From positions 1 through 21,578 of the forward strand of contig JBHLRS010000028.1 of assembly GCA_048882325.1 (NCBI GenBank): 21,578 bases of DNA, in the 5' to 3' direction. Made by a program: the position numbers and the translations under genes. A model generated the notes under the pieces. It did not search any database. It saw only the letters and a list, made by a program, of their open reading frames with translations, and was not told the origin of the DNA. Below, piece after piece: positions 15,538 to 21,578 of this stretch. Position 1 is the first letter of the stretch. Each line of letters opens with the position of its first letter. The DNA is from Candidatus Thorarchaeota archaeon. GTDB taxonomy: Archaea; Asgardarchaeota; Thorarchaeia; Thorarchaeales; Thorarchaeaceae.

Positions 15538-16620
15538 ATGTCCCTGAAAGATTCACTTGATACACTAGACCTTGAGATACTGCGCGCCTACGAAGAGCTT
15601 GGAACAAAGGTGTCAACTAGAGAACTTAGTGAACGTTTAGGGGAACCTAGTAGAACAATTCGTTATAGGATCACCAAATTAAAAGAGAAAGGAATTCTGT
15701 GTAAGGCAAAGGTTCAGACTCACGAGAGAAAGCTTGGTCTGGCAGAATACATCCTTATAGTATCAAGTCTTCCTTCCACAGAGTCACAACTCCAGAAAGT
15801 CTTAGACAAAATTCCTGCAGTCTACTTCCATAGTTCCACATATGGAAAGTACGAGGGATATCTCATCTACATGGTCTATCCCCTTAATGCTCCTCGAATG
15901 GTTACTGATTTTGCTGAAGCACTGAAGCGAAAGAGATTGATAGAAGACTACTACATGTTCGATGTTGTAGACTACAAGCGAAGTGAAGCAAATATAGAAG
16001 ACTTCGAAACCTGGAGCTGGGAGAAGTGGTCAAAGTCACTCCCCCGAATTATGAAGAGAGCAACTCGCCTCAACCTAGACATGGAGGAATTTCCTCAGAC
16101 AGTGAGTTTTGACGCAAAAGACACACTGATACTTAGACATATGGTTGAAAATCCTGAGATTACACTTCGAGAACTAGGGAAGATCCTAGACTTGTCACAA
16201 CCACAGGTCCATAATCGAGTCAAGAAGCTAGAGGAATCTGGAATCATCCGAGGCTACAAGCTATCTTTGAAACCTTATGAGTCTGCAATGACCGTGATTT
16301 GCTTCTTCAAGTCTAGCGATGCCAGAAAGATTCTCCTCTGGTTTGACAAGCTGCCCTATTATCATCAGTTGACAATGGAGAGCAGTCGTCATTTCTTTGT
16401 CCAGGTATATCTACCATCAACCGAAACCAATGAGTTCTTGAAACATCTTCGAAATCTCAAGGAATACACTGATGAGATGTTTGTCCAATTTCTAGTTGAC
16501 GCGAAACACAAAGGGTATGGACATCTTATCGATATGTACAGTGAGGAAAGCGAGAGCTGGAGAATACCCTACGATGAGTTTGAAAATATCATCGATGAAG
16601 TCATGAAGACCAAGAACTGA
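15538..16620 (+). CDS. Lrp/AsnC-family transcriptional regulator with duplicated HTH-RAM architecture
   Basis: Two HTHs (LDLEIL...STRELSERLG.PSRTIRYRITKLKEKGI and DAKDTLIL...TLRELGKILDLSQPQVHNRVKKLEESGIIRGY), each followed by an alpha/beta effector-like domain; GGTGA SD. Confidence 0.85.
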   Translation: MSLKDSLDTLDLEILRAYEELGTKVSTRELSERLGEPSRTIRYRITKLKEKGILCKAKVQTHERKLGLAEYILIVSSLPSTESQLQKVLDKIPAVYFHSSTYGKYEGYLIYMVYPLNAPRMVTDFAEALKRKRLIEDYYMFDVVDYKRSEANIEDFETWSWEKWSKSLPRIMKRATRLNLDMEEFPQTVSFDAKDTLILRHMVENPEITLRELGKILDLSQPQVHNRVKKLEESGIIRGYKLSLKPYESAMTVICFFKSSDARKILLWFDKLPYYHQLTMESSRHFFVQVYLPSTETNEFLKHLRNLKEYTDEMFVQFLVDAKHKGYGHLIDMYSEESESWRIPYDEFENIIDEVMKTKN

Positions 16621-16672
16621 CCTCCCTGGCTTTAGATGGGTTCATAACGTCTTAAACAGACGTGAGACTGCG

Positions 16673-18103
16673 ATGTCAAAGACCAAGTACACTCCTCGAG
16701 GTTACCAGATTCATATCCTCAACGAAGTGGAACAGAAAGAGGGCAAACCCTTACTCTTGGAGCTGGACTGCGGTCTCGGAAAGCGATTTGTTACCCATCA
16801 ACTCGTGACTGTGAAGTATCCAAACTCCAAGATTATCATTGTCGTCCATTCATCATCCTCCCTCGCTGAAACCGTTGATTATCTTAAAGGCGAGTATGGC
16901 GGTCTTGAGGATGACCTGGGGGAGTTATCATCAAGAGTACCCTCAGGAAGACGTGCATACATTTTGAAGGAGAAGCGAGTCATTGTGGCAACACCTCAAG
17001 TTCTAGCTGGGATGTACAAGAAGGATCCCTCGTTGTTGGAACCATTTGAGATTGTACTCATCAATGAGGTTGATACTCTAGTTAGGAGGACTGGTACTCG
17101 AACAGCAATTGTCTTTCCATGGCCCACTCTACTCATGTATCTAAAGGATAAATGGCTCATTGGAATGAGTGGAACTCTTCGCGATGACCATGCAGTCTTC
17201 AACAATGAACAGGTTGAGATTCGAAAAGAGCTTGACACACTAAAACAGTTCTTTCCTGGTGCTGAATTGATTACTATGGAGGATCTTTATGATACAGATG
17301 TTGAGAAATATCTGGAGCCCACTTTCCTTACTGTAGTCACTGTCAATGATCCAAAGATTCGGTCATTAACAAAGGTCATTGATGAACTCATTAGAAATAC
17401 AAGGACCGACATTATGAACGAACTAGCAGAGGAGGACAATCTTCACCTAGTTGATGGAGACGCTCGACGAGTTCATCTCATGTTAGAGCGACTTCCAGTT
17501 GAAGAGGAGCTGAAGGGAAGATACTCCGGACTACTCATGTTGCGGAAATATGTCTATGCGATGCCGCCGAAGCGATTCCTCCGCATGTTTCACAGTGATT
17601 ATCTGAAACATTATTTCAACATCAATGAGCTGAGGAAGACCTTGCCCAAGATTTCCTCAAAGACAACCAGAGTGCTCAAGGTTGCGTTGAAGTATAAGAA
17701 AACCGTTGTCCTCACCTCCTATCTGGAGATGGTTTCGCAGACGAAGGATGTTCTTGAGAAAGCTGGCTTGAAGGTCCTCACAATCACTGGTGAAACCAGA
17801 GACAAAGGTGAGGTCCTCAAGGAGTTCCGTGAGGAAGAAGATACTCAGGTTCTGGTCATGTCCCCTGTCGGAGAGCGAGACCTTGATATTCCACAAGCCG
17901 AGGTCATGGTGGTGTGTGACTCGATAAACACGAGTAAGACAATGTACCAGAAGTTCAAACGGACAAGGGGAGGACTTGTCATCCTGCTCGCATATGCTGG
18001 AACCTCTGAGGAGCGAAAGGTTAGCCGCTTGATGACTAGTATACTTGATCGTTATCCCTGGTCCACAGCAGTGGTGGAAACTGATTCTGAGCGGCTTGGC
18101 TAG
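16673..18103 (+). CDS. Hef/FANCM(Mph1)-like SF2 helicase-fold protein with degenerate ATPase motifs and no nuclease domain
   Basis: Q-motif PRGYQ, motif I LDCGLGKR, Ib VATPQV, II INEVD, III GMSGT, V VGERDLDIP, VI QKFKRTRG. Confidence 0.78.
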   Translation: MSKTKYTPRGYQIHILNEVEQKEGKPLLLELDCGLGKRFVTHQLVTVKYPNSKIIIVVHSSSSLAETVDYLKGEYGGLEDDLGELSSRVPSGRRAYILKEKRVIVATPQVLAGMYKKDPSLLEPFEIVLINEVDTLVRRTGTRTAIVFPWPTLLMYLKDKWLIGMSGTLRDDHAVFNNEQVEIRKELDTLKQFFPGAELITMEDLYDTDVEKYLEPTFLTVVTVNDPKIRSLTKVIDELIRNTRTDIMNELAEEDNLHLVDGDARRVHLMLERLPVEEELKGRYSGLLMLRKYVYAMPPKRFLRMFHSDYLKHYFNINELRKTLPKISSKTTRVLKVALKYKKTVVLTSYLEMVSQTKDVLEKAGLKVLTITGETRDKGEVLKEFREEEDTQVLVMSPVGERDLDIPQAEVMVVCDSINTSKTMYQKFKRTRGGLVILLAYAGTSEERKVSRLMTSILDRYPWSTAVVETDSERLG

Positions 18104-18154
18104 CCGTGTCATTATGATTATAAGAGCCACAGGTTTTTTCCAAACCGAAAAACT

Positions 18155-18598
18155 TTGAATGACAAGCGCGGTCTCGATTTTGCTATTGGCACTGATATAG
18201 TAGAGATTGATAGGTTTCGCAATCTTGGATCGGAATCTCCCTTCTATCAGCGCGTCTTTACCGAGAGAGAGCTAGCATACTGTCACCGGTTCCCTGATCC
18301 CGCTCCTCACCTAGCCGCTACTTTTGCAGGAAAAGAAGCCATAGTAAAAGCCACAAATTCAAATTGCAGAGCAACAATTAACACAATCGAGATATTGCGG
18401 GATGAAGATGGCGCACCAGTTGTGGAGCTTTTTCAACCCAGCAATCATGACATATACGTGAGTCTTGCCCACTCATCAACTCATGCTATAGCTGTTGCGC
18501 TTGCAGTTAACAGGTCATATACAATGAATCTGAATGAGATCAAAGGGATATTGGAAAGAGCGGGGACAAAACTCCTCCCCAGGAGAGATGTTTCATGA
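18155..18598 (+). CDS. acpS: Holo-ACP synthase (AcpS-type 4'-phosphopantetheinyl transferase)
   Basis: IGTDIVEIDRF, RVFTERELAYC, LAATFAGKEAIVKA, GAP and VSLAHS motifs; ATGA overlap with the next gene. Confidence 0.92.
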   Translation: MNDKRGLDFAIGTDIVEIDRFRNLGSESPFYQRVFTERELAYCHRFPDPAPHLAATFAGKEAIVKATNSNCRATINTIEILRDEDGAPVVELFQPSNHDIYVSLAHSSTHAIAVALAVNRSYTMNLNEIKGILERAGTKLLPRRDVS

Positions 18599-20424
18599 CA
18601 GATCCAAATCAGGATATTGAAATGATTCTCCAACCTGTTCGAGAGAATCCTACATATCTCAACCTGTGGAGTGCATTCAAGAAAATCGAGAAACTTGACC
18701 TTCCTGTCACCGAGGGAGAAGACACTCTCAGCTTGGCGGTAATTGGTTCAACAACACTTGAGCCTCTAGCTGCGTGCTTGGATGTCAAGACAAGGCTGGA
18801 AGGATTCCAAACCACCACTTTTGTTGGCGGATTCAACACCTATCGTCAAGAGGCATTGGACCAGAAATCACCTCTTTACAAAGCTGAACCAGATGTTGTT
18901 GTCCTGTCAGTCGATGCAGGATCGGTTCTAGATCAACTATTCGAAGCCTCATTTGTCCGCGCATCTGAGAAGGAGAGAACGGACCTACAGAAAAACTTGG
19001 TCAACAGTGTCGTGTCCGTTGTGGATGTCCTGGAGAAGAAGACCTCAGCGATAATTCTTGTAAACAACTTCATTGTACCCGTGTTTTCGCCATTGGGCAT
19101 AGTGGACAACAAGCAGAAGACAGGGTTGAAAAAGTTCATACAGGGTGCAAATGCCGCGCTTGCTGAGCAGTTTATCAAGAGCAACCAAGTCTTCATTGTT
19201 GACCTCGACTCAATATCTGGTGACTATGGCAAATCCCGCGTCCTAAACTGGAACATATGGTACCGTGGTTCGGTACCTTTTAGCGAGGAATTCACACCAA
19301 TTTTGGCTGATGAGTACCTTCGATATATTCGAGCACTCAGGGGCAAGACAAAGAAGTGTATCGTATTGGATCTGGATAACACGCTCTGGGGTGGCATTAT
19401 CGGAGAGGATGGACTTGAAGGTATCAAGCTCAGTAACACCTCCCCTGGAATCGAGTATGTTGATTTTCAGAGGGGTCTTCTCAGTTTCTATAACCGTGGT
19501 GTTATTTTAGCAATCTGCAGCAAGAACAACTATGATGATGCAATCAAGGTGTTTCAAGAACACCCATATCAAGTGCTCAAAGAAGAGCACTTTGCAGCTA
19601 TGAGAATCAACTGGCAGAATAAAGCTGCGAACATAGCTGAACTTGCCAAAGAGATTAACATCGGCCTTGACAGTATGGTGTTCTTTGATGATAATCCGGT
19701 TGAGCGAGCTCAGATATCACTGGCTCATCCGGATGTGTTGGTGGTTGACCTACCCAAGAATCCCCGACTCTATCGAGAAACCCTTGAGAACCTGAAGGTC
19801 TTCGATGTCCTCTCCCTTACTAAGGAGGACATGGCTCGAGGTGAGATGTATGTGGGTAAACGAAAACGGGCTGAGCTGGAACAGAGTGCTGAGTCAATTG
19901 AGGACTTTCTCAGAACACTGGACCTAAAGGTGAAGATCCAACCAGTCAACGACTTTGACACACCTCGAGTTGTCCAGCTTATCGGGAAAACCAATCAATT
20001 CAACCTTACAACCCGACGATACACAGAGGCTGATGTTCGTCAGTTTCGGGATGACCAAAACGTGATTGTCTACAGTATGGCTGTAACGGACAAATTTGGT
20101 GATGAGGGCGTTGTGGGCGTGGCTATTGTTAAGATGAAAGATGATGATTGGTGGATAGATTTACTCCTCATGAGCTGCAGGGTCATAGGTAGGTCCGTAG
20201 AAACCGCCCTTCTAGCCAGGGTCGTAGCTGATGCCCGTGCTGCAAAGGCCAAGAGGATTATTGGTGAATACATACCAACAAAGAAGAATCCCCCTGCAGC
20301 AGACTTGTACGAGAAGCATGGTTTCGGAATGCCTACCGAGTCTAATGGTGGAAAAACCTGGATACTTAATCTTGATACAGACACTGTGGAAGTCCCAGAT
20401 TGGATCGAATTATCAGGGGAATGA
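18595..20424 (+). CDS. fkbH: FkbH-like glyceryl-ACP-forming protein (N-terminal SGNH-like + HAD-IIIC + GNAT-like C-terminal domain)
   Basis: KKCIVLDLDNTLWGGIIGEDG, CSKNN, RINWQNK, FFDDNPVER, KTNQFNLTTRRY, DKFGDEG and LMSCRVIGR (acyl-carrying Cys). Confidence 0.93.
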   Translation: MTDPNQDIEMILQPVRENPTYLNLWSAFKKIEKLDLPVTEGEDTLSLAVIGSTTLEPLAACLDVKTRLEGFQTTTFVGGFNTYRQEALDQKSPLYKAEPDVVVLSVDAGSVLDQLFEASFVRASEKERTDLQKNLVNSVVSVVDVLEKKTSAIILVNNFIVPVFSPLGIVDNKQKTGLKKFIQGANAALAEQFIKSNQVFIVDLDSISGDYGKSRVLNWNIWYRGSVPFSEEFTPILADEYLRYIRALRGKTKKCIVLDLDNTLWGGIIGEDGLEGIKLSNTSPGIEYVDFQRGLLSFYNRGVILAICSKNNYDDAIKVFQEHPYQVLKEEHFAAMRINWQNKAANIAELAKEINIGLDSMVFFDDNPVERAQISLAHPDVLVVDLPKNPRLYRETLENLKVFDVLSLTKEDMARGEMYVGKRKRAELEQSAESIEDFLRTLDLKVKIQPVNDFDTPRVVQLIGKTNQFNLTTRRYTEADVRQFRDDQNVIVYSMAVTDKFGDEGVVGVAIVKMKDDDWWIDLLLMSCRVIGRSVETALLARVVADARAAKAKRIIGEYIPTKKNPPAADLYEKHGFGMPTESNGGKTWILNLDTDTVEVPDWIELSGE

Positions 20425-20428
20425 GAAA

Positions 20429-20668
20429 ATGAATGATTTCGAAGACAAGCTTCTAGAAATACTCTCAAAGATTCTACTATTAGATAAAGACCAAATCACA
20501 GATGATCTACGTCGAAAAGACTTCGAACCGTGGGACTCAATGGCACACTTGATCATTGTGAGTGAAATTGAAAACGAGTTTGAGATGTTCTTTGAAGACG
20601 ATGAAGTTGTCGAGCTCTGGACTGTAGGGGACATAAAGAACGTTCTAGCTTCCAAGCTTGCATCCTAG
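20429..20668 (+). CDS. Acyl carrier protein (79 aa)
   Basis: Acidic small protein with WDSM phosphopantetheine site, EIENEF and TVGDI; ATG 20429, 4 nt after the fkbH stop. Confidence 0.92.
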   Translation: MNDFEDKLLEILSKILLLDKDQITDDLRRKDFEPWDSMAHLIIVSEIENEFEMFFEDDEVVELWTVGDIKNVLASKLAS

Positions 20669-21117
20669 TCTTTTTTGGGCTCTAGTTTTTGAACCATCCT
20701 TGCAGGATTACCTGCGACCATTGTGAGTGGTGGTACATCCTTACTTACAACTGCTCCTGCAGCTACGATTGCCCCTTCTCCAATTGTGACTCCAGGAAGG
20801 ATAATCGCCCCAGCTGCCAGCCATGCTCCCTTTCCGATGATGACCTTCTTTGGGCCTTCGTGAAAGATTCGCCGCTTCTGGTGATATGGGCTTGCTCCTG
20901 AATGAGCCATGATCTTAACACCAGGTCCAATGCTAGCCCAGTCTTGAATCTCAATGTACTCGGGATACTCTCCATCGATCAAAACTTGAAAACCCATATA
21001 GACTCCCTTGCCAATCTTTACACCACACTTACGGTATACACTCGCTCGAAACTGATAGGCTGGAGCGCTCCATGCCAAAATACGTAGTAGTCTTCCAAGT
21101 CGCTTTCCCATTGTCAT
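20665..21117 (-). CDS. Hexapeptide-repeat O-acyltransferase (LbH, maltose/galactoside acetyltransferase-like)
   Basis: GVKIGKGV, IMAH, IGKGAWLAAGAIILPGVTIGEGAIVAAGAVVSKDVPP and VAGNPAR. Confidence 0.9.
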   Translation of the reverse strand: MTMGKRLGRLLRILAWSAPAYQFRASVYRKCGVKIGKGVYMGFQVLIDGEYPEYIEIQDWASIGPGVKIMAHSGASPYHQKRRIFHEGPKKVIIGKGAWLAAGAIILPGVTIGEGAIVAAGAVVSKDVPPLTMVAGNPARMVQKLEPKKD

Positions 21118-21578
21118 TCACCCACATTTCTTCGCCACAGAATCCTTCTCAGGTAGTCAGAAAAGACCCAGTTATCAATATCACCTGTGAGGAGTATACA
21201 GAACTTACTGTCACCTTTCCAATTTCCATGAGTATTCCAGTATTTCACTGCCTCTGTTGGAGTGGTGCACCAAGCATCAAGACTGTTTGCATGTTCTATC
21301 AACTCCCTCAGACAACCCACATACCTCTCTTGTCCTATCCTAATTGGGTGAAGATCGAACATGATGACTCCTTCAGTAGGTGCCGCATTTGTCACCTCTC
21401 TTTTTAGAACCTTAGAGATTTGGTCTGATCCCATACCCATCCTATCTATCATGTAATCGTCACTCCAAATATTGAGGGGAATATAGGTCACTCTAGACTC
21501 CTGCCCATCAATATCCTCATGAAAGAAGTGTGTCTTTTCCCTGTGTTCCACGCGAAACCCAAATCCTCCATCCCATAC
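21114..21578 (-). CDS. Polysaccharide deacetylase-like protein, C-terminal part (5' end outside window)
   Basis: Frame is open to the window edge (VWDGGFGFRVEH...); IPLN..DD, FDLHP and W.TTP.E...YW resemble CE4/NodB-barrel C-termini; ATGA overlap with the downstream gene. Confidence 0.5.
   Translation of the reverse strand, partial: VWDGGFGFRVEHREKTHFFHEDIDGQESRVTYIPLNIWSDDYMIDRMGMGSDQISKVLKREVTNAAPTEGVIMFDLHPIRIGQERYVGCLRELIEHANSLDAWCTTPTEAVKYWNTHGNWKGDSKFCILLTGDIDNWVFSDYLRRILWRRNVGE

Noticed and set aside
20231-20428. Long N-terminal extension on the ACP
   Set aside because: It lies within fkbH in another frame; the ACP fold starts at 20429.
1-21578. CRISPR arrays, transposases, integrases, rRNA or tRNA genes
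   Set aside because: None recognised; the 23-bp-phased boxes are too short and degenerate to be CRISPR repeats.

Overview
Archaeal chromosomal segment, most likely from an Asgard archaeon (Thorarchaeia-like). This is an inference from the Rab-like GTPase, IorAB, geranylgeranyl reductase, archaeal ThrRS editing domain, TrmB/Lrp regulators and GGTGA ribosome-binding sites. Gene order: NitT/TauT-type ABC importer with its ATPase inverted; a 767-aa fusion of a 7-blade FG-GAP propeller, an Ig-like domain, an acidic linker and a Rab-like GTPase; iorBA; a DHH/DHHA1 phosphoesterase; three tandem TrmB-like paralogs; a GC-rich four-hairpin candidate ncRNA with its own TATA box and T-run; a GGR-family flavoprotein; a membrane LbH acyltransferase; a standalone ThrRS editing domain; two small peptides with similar C-termini, divergent from a double Lrp regulator across a 23-bp-phased operator array; a Hef-like helicase with degenerate motifs; an acpS-fkbH-acp operon; an LbH acetyltransferase; and a truncated deacetylase-like gene. 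The strongest candidates for new biology are the propeller-Ig-Rab fusion, the TrmB triplet plus ncRNA locus, the Lrp/operator/peptide module and the archaeal glyceryl-ACP cassette. No database searches were run; all family calls rest on motif recognition.
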